A DNA stretch of 59,087 nucleotides, counting the filler, from Jimgerdemannia flammicorona (taxonomy: Eukaryota), in NCBI GenBank assembly GCA_003990765.1. It is 3 parts of 3 records of this genome, joined end to end, with 100 filler letters (N's around TTAATTAATTAA, not from the genome) between each part and the next. Parts side by side here need not be neighbours in the genome. Positions count along the whole stretch, not along the records: positions 39,459 to 59,087 come from RBNJ01001893.1; 2 more parts are not named here. One strand, 5' to 3'. Each line of letters starts with the position of its first letter. Position 1 is the first letter of the stretch. The notes beneath the pieces were generated by a model that ran no database searches, was not told the origin of the DNA, and saw only the letters and a list, made by a program, of their open reading frames with translations. This document shows, one piece after another, positions 48,301-59,087 of this stretch. The translations under genes were made by a program, and so were the position numbers.

Positions 48301-51300
48301 TACTGTATAGATGAAGTTGGTGTTTCCCTTTTTTCGAGAGAGTCTCTTCATTTGAATGGCAGAGAGGATTTCGATTCTCTGGTGGTTGGTACCTTCCTGG
48401 GGTGTCAGAGTGATCTTTCTGCCTTCATGGGTCAGGTTAACCTCATTGGTTCTCCAGTTGATGTCTGGGTTGTGCTGGGTCAACCAGGCTTTTCCTAGGA
48501 TAATGTCCTGTCCTGGGAGGTCTACAATGCTGAAGTCCAACTTCTCTTGATATTTGTCAATCTTGAGCAAGAGATCTTCGCAGATCTTGGTCAATGGTGC
48601 AGTCTTTCCATCACCAAAGGTAACACTTCTTTTCTCAGTGGTGGGTCTGCTTCGGGCTCCAATACTCTTGGCAGTCTTGGTGCTGATATAGTTTCCAGTA
48701 GCACTACTATCCAGCAAGACATTGACATTCTGTCTATGGACTTGGCCTATGAACTTGATGCAGCTGTCCTCTTTCTTGATGGTATTGAGCTCTTCATCTT
48801 CATTGTTGTCCCAATTGTCAGTCTTCTCGAAGTCAGTTTCTCCCCATCCTTCACAAGGAGGGTTGTCTTGTTTGGGTTCCTCAGTCTGTTGGGCTTGGCG
48901 TATCTCAGATTGAATTTTGAAGACTTTGGAGAGGCATGCATGGCATTCACCAACATGTTCCATGTAGTACATTCGAATGGAATGAGGGTATCATCCACAT
49001 GGTGCATAACTATCTGCAATTCTCTTATACCAGTTTTCATCATCTTCCTTCATGGTAGTGATCTTCTGACTGGGAGGTTTGTTGGTTAATCCAAACCCTT
49101 TCTTGCCACGATCTGTCTAGGAGAGCTCGGGGACTTCTTCAATGATTGCTTGGACAATCCTTTGGCCTATTTTGACTTCAAATGATGTGTCTCCAAAATT
49201 TCGCAAGATGACACAGATTTTGCCAGTAAATCCTTGATCAACTACTCCTCCTCCTAGCCCAATGTTGAACTCTTTGGCTAGGCTGCTTCGCTCAGCAAGG
49301 CAGATGTATGTTCCTTTGGGAGCTTGTATTGCAATTCCTGTTCACACTGTAGCATTGGTACTTGGTGGGATGGTGAGGTCTTGGCTGCTGTAGAGGTCAT
49401 AACTAGCATCAATTGGGTGGGCCTTAGTAGGGATGGTAGCCTTATACCATATCTTCTGTACTTTGATGATATTCTCAGGGTTCTTCTTTCCTGGATCTTC
49501 TCCAATAACGGTAATGTTCTGGTTACTGGGTTCACCTGATCTGTTCTTCTTCTCAGGGCATCTGAATGAGATGTGTCCTGCCTTCTTACAGATGAAGCAT
49601 AATCCCTTTTCGCGAAGCTGCTTCTTTTCATCCTCAGTGGGAGGTCTGGGTCCTCTGGGATTTTGCTGGTTCCTTTGATCATTCCTTTGATCATATATTT
49701 GATCATTCCTTTGGTCATTACTTCTGGTAGGATTTCTCCTATCTTAGTTATCCTTCTTGTATTTTTAGTTTCATGGAGCTTATGTAGCAAGGATTTCATG
49801 GGCTCTTCTTTGTACTTGAGCAAAACACCGACAATCTTGGGGAAGACCTTGTTCCTTGATCTTCTGGGTGAGCCAGTCTGGTAGGGCTGCAAAAAGATGG
49901 TTGGCTCTGGTACCATTGATGGCCAAATTGTTCTCCTGATAGGTGAGTCCAACAGTTTTGAGATAGGCATCCATTCTAGTTGCAAAGGTCTCTAGATCTT
50001 CTTCGCCATTCTTGTGGAACTTCATCTGGGACAGTTTGTTCCAAATTTCTTGTATGTAGGCCGCATTTCAGAATTTGGTCAGTAGAAAGGCCTTGAGTCC
50101 TGGACCTGCTTCATAGTCATCCCAACCTGGTCTATTGTTGGCAGGTACTTGTCCATTGACTTGAGAGCAGTTTTCCCAGGTTACTGAGTATTGTTCCAAG
50201 GTTTGCCAGAATTCGGCTACTGTTCCAGTGAAAAATGTGACTACTGTTTTCACTTGTACTGCTGATATAGCAAACAGCTGTTGAAGGGTGCTGTTCTGGT
50301 TGTTGGTGAGCATTCCTATAGGCACTCAGTTGTCATTCCATTGGTTTACTCAGTAGCCTGTGTCAAATGCATTGATGAAGTTTTCAATGTCACTATTTTT
50401 TCCACTGAATGGTGGGATTCACAGAGTCTTGGTTGGTTTGTTCTATTCAGCAATCTGTCCTACTATCCCTGCTAGTGCTGCTAGCTGGATAGTCAGTGCT
50501 GCAATGTTGATATCTACCATTGTGTTGACTATTGGTGGTGGGTCTGTTGGGGTAGATTCTCCTGAAGATTGTTCTTTTTGGTGGGGTTGTGGTGCTGTAT
50601 GACTTGGGGTTACTTGATTCCCAGATATCAAGTCAAAGAGTCCTGTAAGAGAGGGTAAACCAAACCTCTATATAGGTGGCTGAGTTGGTTCTGGGGTCTG
50701 ATCTTCTTGACCTGTGGTTTCCTGATAACCTCCTAGGCCTACTGTTCCTTGTTGGCTATTGTCAGACTAGTAACCTATAGAGTCTTTGTCTGACTCCCTT
50801 CCCTGATGAGATAGTGCATCCTTGTACTAACTAGGTCCTTCAGAGAGGATATCAGTCTCTGGCTAGGTAGATGGGCCTGCTTCTTGTTCAGCAGTAGGGG
50901 ATGGTTGGCCTGCTTGCTCGTTCTCGTACCTGGTTATGGCAGAGGCATAGTATACAACTAACCTGTAGTAGAGGGAGGTCTTGGTAGGGGTATGATGATA
51001 TCTGTCAGAGACAATCCACTCAGCAGCTGCTTCTCTTGCAGTAGGGGGTGTGATATAGTATAAAAAATCCTAGGTAGCTGCAGCAGTAGATTCAGGGGTC
51101 CTAGTGGTTCCAATATGTCCTTGGAGGAGTTTTTAGAACCTACAGCAGCTGACAATATTCCTAAGTCCTGGGTGGTATGTCCTAAAGACCTGGTATAGAT
51201 CCTTGTAAGCCTGGTCAATTACAAGCTGGCGGGTCCCTGTATCTGTGGTTTCCTGGTACCACCTGGTCCTAATGGCAAGGGCTTCTCTGGCTCTGGTTTG

Positions 51301-51390
51301 AGGATCCACAGTTGGTTCTGGGGGTTACTCCTGTCCAAGGTTGGTCTTGTTCCAACTTCAGGAGTGTGTTCTTTGGTGCCTTCTCGGCTG
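45370..51390 (-). pseudogene. gag-NC-dUTPase-CHCC module-protease-RT-RNase H-integrase-chromodomain of C copy 1
   Basis: CFICKKAGHISFRC knuckle; LLDSSATGNY protease; [15 protein letters not shown] and YIDD RT; TDASDIAIGAVL RNase H; HH-CC, SDRD and STAYHPQTD integrase; GPY; EEFEIEEVLDH..FLIKWKGY..TWE chromodomain. The gag start is approximate. Confidence 0.92.
49085..49475 (-). pseudogene. dut: dUTPase domain of C copy 1, in frame after the zinc knuckle
   Basis: ASYDLYSS..TGIAIQAPKGTY...ERSSLAK...GGGVVDQGFTG...DRGKKGFG. Confidence 0.9.
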
Positions 51391-51410
51391 GTAATCTGCT
51401 GCTACCAAGT

Positions 51411-51792
51411 TGTAATAACTTTCACTTCTACCCCTCTCTTATCCTTTGGATAATTAGGGAAGTGGACTATTACTTAGGAACTTAGTATACAATGTGTACC
51501 AAGAATCCTTCAGTTTGAGGAAGTACTTGCTTATAAGTAGTTATAGCAGCAGTGTCTTCTATTTCAAAGGTCTTTCTCTTGTGCCCTATTTCAAGAGTCT
51601 TGTTCCTTGTTGTGCACAGACTGAATTCACCTTGGAATTCAGGTTTAATGGGTTTACTTAAGTCTTTGGGGATTTATATACTGGTCTCAGTTCTGGCAGA
51701 AGTTAGCTAGGCTTCTGGAGTTTAGTCAGAAACACTAGAGTCACTTAGGTATCATTACTAAGACTCAGGGGAATATGTGTGTGTGGGGGGGA
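51411..51792 (-). repeat. Partial 5' LTR of C copy 1, interrupted by C copy 2
   Basis: Matches 43097-43478, then restarts as a new LTR at 51793. Confidence 0.88.
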
Positions 51793-52590
51793 TATAATAA
51801 CTCTCACTTCTACCCCTCTCTTATCCTTTGGATAATTAGGGAAGTAGACTATTACTTAGAGACTTAGTACACAATGTGTACCAAGAAGCCTTCAGTTTGA
51901 GGAAGCATTCGCTTATAAGTAGTTGTAGCAGCAGTGTCTTATCTTTCAAAGGTCTTTCTCTTGTGCCCTATTTTGAAGGTCTTATTCCTTGCTGTACACA
52001 GTCTGAATTCGCCTTGGAATTCAGGTTCAATGGGGTTACTTAAGTCTTTGGGGATTTATATACCAGTCTTAGTTCTGGCAGTAGTTAGCTAGGCTTCTGA
52101 AGTTTAGTCAGAAACACTAGAGTTACTTAGGTGTCATTACTAAGACTCAGGGGAATGTGTGTGTGTGGGGGAGACTTGATTCTTGTATCAAGGACTGAAC
52201 TAAAACTGCTTTATTTCGGATGGAAACTGGGGGGTATTTATACAAGTTGGTCCACGATTTCTGACTAAGTATGAGTGACTAATTTGGTAACTATAATGAG
52301 GTTTGTGATCGCAACCTTTGTCAGGTGGTTTTTTTGCAAAAAACTCTTTGTGATCAGGACCTCAATTACTAGGCAATGATCAGCAGCTATGGAAACTGTT
52401 GCTGTGGTGCCGATTGTCAGGGATAAGCTAAATATCGTTTTTCGCATTGTTCGTTTGCATTGTTCATCACTCGTTATTCATATGTCGCGCTCAATCATAT
52501 GATGACATCATCGCTGGGTCACGTGATCATTCTTGATCACTCGTCGCATCCAATCTGTTCACTTGTTTGTTCTATTACATCCTTCCCCCC

Positions 52591-53422
52591 TTAGAAATCA
52601 ATGTCCTCATTAATTGAGAAATTGAGAACCAGGGGAGAGAAAGGTGGGGAATCCTGCTCAGGGTTGTTGGCATCTTCTTCAGTAGTAGGGGGGGTGGTGG
52701 TTGCTGATGGCTCGCCATCCAGAATGGAGAAGTCAATGAGGTCTGCAAATGGTTCTTGCATTGGGATAGGTGCTGGTGTAGGGGTTCTCCATCTGATGCA
52801 GTTGGGGCCATCCAAGTAGGGTTCTTGGTCCTCATGCCTGGGAATATCCATTCAAATGGGTGGGCCTTCAAAGAGGTCAGAGAGGCCTTGGAGCCATTGG
52901 TCTGGGTTGTCATTCAGGAAGGGGCTCCAGTGGGGTTCACAGTCAGTAGACTTGAGGGTGATCCAGGAGTTGGCTTCTTGGGCTATCTTGATCTCTAGTT
53001 TATCAACCTCGAAGAAGGAGAGGTTCTGGAAGTCCTTCAGTTGGACATAGTTGAGGTTGGGGATTGCAAAGGGTACATGGCGCATGATTTGATGGACCTT
53101 CTTGGCAAGTCTTTACTCATTCCTGTCCAGGTGGGTCCAATCAGAGACTTGGTCCATGAGCAGGTCCTTTGCCCATTGGAGGAGTTGGTGGCCAAATCTC
53201 GTATTCATACCAGATCTCTAGGCGGCTGGTGGCAAGGTAGGCTCTTTCAATGACTTCACAGTGGTTGAGGACATAATGTCCTAGGTCCTGGCTAGAGAGG
53301 TCAAGGGCTTCTGAGCGGTGGTTCCTTCCTTGGATAGCAACCTGGATGTGTCCAAAGAGGCGGTCAACCTAGCTTGGAAGGGGCCAGCTACGGTGAGCAG
53401 TTTGGTGGTGGGTGGCAGGCAT
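52591..53422 (-). pseudogene. Accessory ORF3 of C copy 2
   Basis: ATG at 53422 (MPATHH...). ORFs 52852-53085 and 52591-52851 continue in one frame to ...NEDIDF* at the PPT. Confidence 0.82.
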
Positions 53423-54066
53423 TCTTGACTTGTCTTTTCTTTGTGAGGAGAGGGGGATGAGAGTTGTGGGGTATTCTTGCCTAGGGTATTTATACTTATT
53501 CCCCTCTCTGGTGTGACCTTCCTTTGGTCACGCTTTCTGGCAAAATGTGTGACCTGTTGCTGTAAGCAGGGCATGTGCTGGTCATATGAGAAAATTCTGA
53601 TTTCAAAGATCTCGTCACTCATAGTTGTGGTTACACAGGGTTAACAGATCTTGGTCCACTTTTTTTTTGTCTGGTTGGTGCATTTGCGAGGACTGGCCAT
53701 CCTTGTCTAGGGTGAGGGCTCCCATTGTCATAGCTGGGGGTTCGAACCTCTTGGAAATAGACTTTTCTTGTAATCCAAGACAATTCCTAGTAACAATATC
53801 TGTCACATGGATGGACTTAGACTGGTTTCGACATTATCAGCTTTCCTAAGTTCCATATGAAGTATCCACCATCATCCAGCAGAGATGATACAGATGGCAT
53901 AAAATGGAGTTGTTTAAATGTGTTTTGCTATACTATGCTAGATTGTTCTTTTGCTCAGGTATCTTCTTGTTGGTTATCCATAGTGTTCCTTTTTCTGCAA
54001 TATTCAGTATTATATGTTGTCAGATAAAATATGTGGTATCCTTCTGCTCACTATGTGCTCTAATAC

Positions 54067-57000
54067 TTAGAGCTGTAGTTCCTCCCTTTGCTGGGGGGTG
54101 AGTGTTTCCATATAGTCCTGGAGGGCTTTGTATGCATTCTTCAGGGCTTCTTCTTTTTTCCAGATGGCATCATAGGTGGGGTATCCCTTCCACTTGATCA
54201 GGAAAAAGCGCTTGACTTTTTTGGGATATTTGCAGACCTTGTGGTCAAGTACTTCCTCAATTTCGAATTCCTCATGATCATTGATCCTAATTGAGGGTAG
54301 TGGTGGAACTGTATGCTCGGGGAATGGGTTCTCATGGTAGTCCACCATTTGGCTGATATGGAATACTGGATGTACTTGGATATTGTGAGAAAGTTGCAAC
54401 TTGTGGTTGACTTCGCTGATTTTTTCCATGATCTTATATTGTCCAATTCTTCTAGCATGGAGTTTCTTGGCTAGTTGTTGTGTCAGGGTGTCTGGGTGGA
54501 GGTGGTCTGTTCTAAGCATGACCATGTCACCAATATTGTAGGAGGCTTCTCTTTGCTTCAAGTTTGCATACTTGGTCTGGTAGTCTTGTGCTTCTATGAG
54601 AGCATCTCTTGTCATTCGGGTAAGGTCAGAAATGGTTTCGGCCAGATCTTGGGCTGCTGGGACTGCTGATTTCACGGTTGTACTCAGGGTCCTTAGGAGT
54701 TGACCATGGTTCAGGAAGAATGGAGTCTTCTTTGTGGAGGTTTACTGACTGTTGTTGTAGGCAAACTCAGTATGGGCTAGGTACTTGTCCCAATCATTTA
54801 GCTTGTAACAGCAGAAGATGCTAAGCATCTGTTTGAGAGTCCTGTTGGTTTGCTCAGTTTGACAATCAGTCTGAGGGTAGTAGGCAGTAGAGAACTTCAG
54901 CTTGGTTCCATGGAGGGAGTAAAATGCCTTCCAGAAGTTGCTTGTGAACTTGGCATCTCGGTCAGATACAATAGTGCTAGGCATGCCATATAGCCTGAAT
55001 ACTTGATTGAGGAAAATCTTAGCAATCTCTGGTACTATAGCAGTGGTCTTAGTGGATGCAAAGTGGGCTTGTTTACTTAGGTGGTCCACAAATACCACTA
55101 TGGCATCTCATCCTGTCTTGGTCTTGAGGAGTTGGACAATGAAGTCCATTGCAATCTGATCCCAGTTGTGACTTGGGATAGGCAAGGGTTGCAGGAGTCC
55201 TGCTAGTAGCTTGTTACCACTTTTGAACCTTTGGTACCTCTCGCATGAGGCCACAAAGTCTTTGATATCCTTGGTCATCTTTGGCCAGTAGAACTCTCTT
55301 GAGAGGAGGTTGTAGGTCTTTTCGAAACCAAAGTGTCCTACTGCAGGGGTATCATGGAGTTTCTGCATGATCTTGAGTCGCAGAGTATCATTGTTGGATA
55401 CAACCACTCTGTCATGGTCCCTGTAGATAAGTCCATCATGGTAAGTGAATCTCATGGCCATTTGCCTCATGGGTTCTGGGACCTTGGCCTCTGGGTCTTG
55501 GCAGAATTGAAGGATGTTTGTCAGGGGGCTGTCCTGCTGATAGCCATCCTTGATCATCTGGATAAGGTCTCCAATTACCTCAATCATGAAGACAAGTTCA
55601 TCTTCCATGTACCTAGAGAAATTATCAGCCACATGGTTGGTTTTGCCTGGGATATACTTGATTTCCATATCAAAGTTAGCAATGATTTCCATCCAGCAGG
55701 CTTGTCTGTGAGTCAACATAGGCTGTGTGTGAATATACCGCAATGCATGGTGATCAGTGTAGGCTACAAACGGTTGTCCTAGGAGGAAATAGCGCCATTC
55801 CTGGAGTACAGTAACAATAGCCAAGAGTTCCTTCTCATGAGTAGTATACCGGGTCTCAGCTGGCTTGAGCTTTTGGGAAAGGTAGGCCACTGGGTGGTCT
55901 TCTTGACTGAGCACTGCCCCAAGGGCAATGTCAGAGGCATCTGTGGTCAGGGTGAATGGCCTGGTAGGGTCAGGTGCAATTAGTACTGGGGCCTCAGTAA
56001 GGAGTCTCTTGAGATGGTCCATAGCCAGGGTGCATTCAGGGGTCTATTCAGCTTTGATGTTTACTCCTTTGTAGGCCAGGCTGGTCAGTGGGGCTGCAAT
56101 AGCAGAGTATTCTTGGATAAACCTTTGGTAATAACCGGCAATACCCAGAAAGTGCTGGAGTAGCTTGAGGGGAGTAGGGATAGGGATATCCTTAAGGGCT
56201 GATACTTTTCGGGGGTCCACATTGATTCTTTCAGCAGAGATGATATGTCCTAGGTACTTGATCTGGTCTTGATAGAACTTGCACTTGCTCATCTTGGCAT
56301 AGAGTTGGTGTTCTTGCAGAAGAGTCAGTACTTGTCTGAGGTGGGTGTAGTATAGCTCTACTGTTTCGCTGTAGATTAGTATATCATCAATATACACAAG
56401 GACACAGATGTTGAGGAGTGGTCCAAAGATGTCATTCATCAGATACTGGAATGTTGCTGGTGCATAGGTCAATCCAAAAGGCATGACTCAGAACTGGTAG
56501 TATCCAAACTGTGTTCGGAAAGCTGTCTTCTCAATGTCCTTCTCATCAATGAGAATCTGGTGGTAGCCATTTAGCAAGTCTAGTAGGGAAAAGGTCTTGG
56601 CCTTGAAGATTTGGTATAGCAACTCATCAATCCTAGATAAGGCATACCAGTTCTTGATGGTGATCTTATTGAGGGCTCTGTAGTCAATACATATTTGCAG
56701 AGAGCCATCCTTCTTCTTGACAAATAGAATAGGGGCTCCAAATGGAGAGCAGCTGGGTTCAATGTATCCTTGGGCCAGTAGTTTGGTCAATTTATCCTTG
56801 AGGGTCTTGAGCTCAGATTGGGCCAGTTGGTAGATGCTCTTATATGGGGGTTCAGATCCTGGAATAAGATCAATTCCATGTTGGATTTGGCGCTTGGGTG
56901 GAAGTCCTTGGGGGTCTTGGAATATATCTTGGAATTCTTCGAACAGTTCTTGAGCTTCTGTTGAGATTGTACTACTTGTAGCTTCAGTGACTTCTTGTAC

Positions 57001-59074
57001 TGTACAGATGAAGTAGGTGTTTCCCTTTTTTCGAGAGAGTCTCTTCATTTGAATGGCAGAGATAATTTCGATTCCTTGGTAGTTGGTACCTTCCTGGGGT
57101 GTCAGGGTGATCTTTCTGCCTTCATGAATCAGGTTAACCTCATTGGTTCTCCAGTTGATGTCTGGGTTGTGCTGGGTCAACCAGGCTTTTCCTAAGATAA
57201 TATCTTATCCTGGGAGGTCTACAATGCTGAAGTCCAACTTCTCTTGATATTTGCCAATTTTGAGTAAAAGATCTTTGCAAATCTTGGTCAATGGTGCAGT
57301 CTTTCCATCACTGAAGATAACACTTCTTTTCTCAGTGGTGGGTCTACTTCGGGCTCCAATCCTCTTGGCAGTCTTGGTGCTGATGTAGTTTCCAGTAGCA
57401 CTACTATCAAGCAAGACATTGACATTCTGTCTGTGGACTTGACCTGTGAACTTGATGCAACTGTCCTCCTTCTTGATGGTATTGAGCTCTTCATCTTCAT
57501 TGTTGTTGTCCCAATTGCTGTCAGTCTCCTCGAAGTCAGTTTCTCCCCATCCTTCACAAGGAGGGTTGTCTTGTTTGGGATCCTCAGTCTGTTGAGCTTG
57601 ATGTTTCTCAGATTGAATTTTGAAAACTTTAGAGAGGCATGCATGGCATTCACCAACATGTTCCATGTAGTACATTCGAATGGAATCAGGGCATCATCCA
57701 CATGGTGCATAACCATCTGCAATTCTCTTATACTAGTTTTCATCATCTTCCTTCATAGTAGTGACCTTTTGACTGGGAGGTTTGTTGGTAGATCCAAACC
57801 CTTTCTTGCCATGGTCTGTCTGGGAGAGCTCGGGGACTTCTTCAATAGTGAGATCTTGATGGATTTCTTCAATAATTGCTTTAGCAATTTTTTGGCCTGT
57901 TTTGACTTCAAATGATGTGACTCCAAAAATTTCGCAAAATGACACATATTTCACTAGTAAATCCTTGGTCAACTACTCCTCCTCCTAGCCCAATGTTGAA
58001 CTCTTTGGCTAGGCTACTTCATTCAGCAAGGTGAATGTATGTACCTTTGGGAGCTTGCATTGCAATTCCTGTTTATACTGTAGCATTGATACTTGGTGGA
58101 ATAGTGAGATCTTGGCTACTGTAGAGGTCATATCTAGCATTGGTTGGGTGGGCCTTAGTGGGGATGGTAGCCTTGTACCATATCTTCTGTACTTTGATGA
58201 CATTCTTGGGGTTCTTCTTCCCTGGGCCTTCTCCAATGACAGTAATGTTCTGATTACTGGGGTTGCCTGTTCTGTTTCTCTTCTCAGGGCATCTGACTGA
58301 GATGTGTCCTGCTTTCTTGCAGATGAAGCACAATCCCTTTTTGTGGAGCTGTTTCTTTTCATCCTCAGTGAGAGGTCTGGGTCCTCTGGGGTTTCGTTGG
58401 TTCCTTTAATCATTCCTTTGATCATATCTTTGGTCATTTCTTTGGTCATTTCTCCTGGTAGGATTCCTCCTATCTTGGTTATCCTTCTTGTGTTCTTGAT
58501 TTCATGGAGCTTGTGCAGCAAGGATTTTGCGGGCTCTTCTTTGTACTTGGGCAAAGCACCATGAGTAGTGGGGGCATCCTTGGGGAAGACCTTGTTCCTT
58601 GATCTTCTGGGTGAGCCAGTCTTGTAGGGCTGCAAAAAGGTGGTTGGCTCTGGTACCATTGATGGCCAAATTGTTTTCCTGATAGGTAAGTCCAACAGTT
58701 TTGAGATAGGTATCCATTCTGATGGCAAAGGTCTCTAGATCCTCCTCGCCATTCTTATGGAACTTCATTTGGGATAGTTTGTTCCGAGTTTTTTGTATGT
58801 AGGCTTCATTCTGGAATTTGGTCAGTAGCAAGGCCTTGAGTTCTGGGCCTGCTTCATGGTCATTCCAACCTGGTCTATTGTTGGTAGAAGCTTGTCCAAT
58901 GATTTGAGGGCGGGCTTCCCAAGTTACTGGGTGTTGTTCCAAGGTTCGCCAGAATTCGGCTACTGTTCCAGTGAAGAATGTGGCTACTGTTTCTACTTGT
59001 GCTGCTAATGTGGCAAACAGCTGTTGGAGGGTGCTATGGTTGTTGGTGAGCATTCCTATAGGCACTCAGTTGTC
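54067..59074 (-). pseudogene. gag(part)-dUTPase-CHCC module-protease-RT-RNase H-integrase-chromodomain of C copy 2
   Basis: The ORF-track fragments 54067-59065 carry all the Ty3 pol motifs, separated by transition-derived stops. Confidence 0.92.
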
Positions 59075-59087
59075 TTTTTTTTTTTTT

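Larger units (their letters stand above)
43097..51792 (-). mobile_element. Ty3/Gypsy family C copy 1 (chromodomain-bearing), degenerate
   Basis: 3' LTR at 43097-43881, PPT at 43882-43896, ORF3, chromo-integrase, RNase H, RT, protease, dUTPase, gag, PBS at 51396-51407, and a partial 5' LTR at 51411-51792. Confidence 0.94.
51793..59074 (-). mobile_element. Ty3/Gypsy family C copy 2, running off the window in gag
   Basis: 3' LTR at 51793-52579, PPT, ORF3 at 52591-53422, chromo-integrase, RNase H, RT, protease, dUTPase at ~57785-58205, gag; colinear with copy 1. Confidence 0.94.

Noticed and set aside
48547..49985. Alternative-frame and antisense ORFs over gag/pol (e.g. 48547-49089, 49278-49985, 58009-58728)
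   Set aside because: They overlap the true polyprotein frame and are explained by codon bias of the A-rich sense strand.
53690..53765. tRNA gene suggested by GGGGGTTCGAACCTC
   Set aside because: Only a T-arm/B-box-like motif is present; I could not build an acceptor stem, D arm or anticodon arm.
59075..59087. Terminal poly(T) as a retroposon tail
   Set aside because: It lies at the window edge, so it cannot be distinguished from a sequence-end artefact.

Overview
Repeat-rich fungal DNA. The intron-rich genes and WDR7-like protein suggest Mucoromycota, but this is inference only. The window is three segments of exactly 19,629 bp joined by 100-bp N/TTAATTAATTAA spacers, so adjacency across the spacers is not evidence of linkage. 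Most of it is a nest of C->T/G->A hypermutated retroelements. There are four distinct Ty3/Gypsy LTR families: A (284-3306); D (3995-10848, non-autonomous); B (two head-to-head copies, 19730-28447 and 28508-37266); and C (two chromodomain-bearing copies, 43097-51792 and 51793->59087). There are also three fragments of an L1/Tx1-like LINE and several MITE/SINE-like insertions. One CpG-rich host island holds two multi-exon genes, a Gfo/Idh/MocA oxidoreductase and the 3' part of a WDR7-like WD40 gene. Main signals: (1) all four Ty3 families encode a dUTPase, at two different positions in the polyprotein; (2) a CPH-x11-C-x2-C zinc-finger-like module that I cannot assign lies next to the dUTPase in three families; (3) families B and C share a ~260-280 aa accessory ORF that I cannot assign, lying before the PPT in C but inside the LTR in B; (4) cross-matched LTR markers indicate that the centre of the 17.5-kb B palindrome has been inverted.
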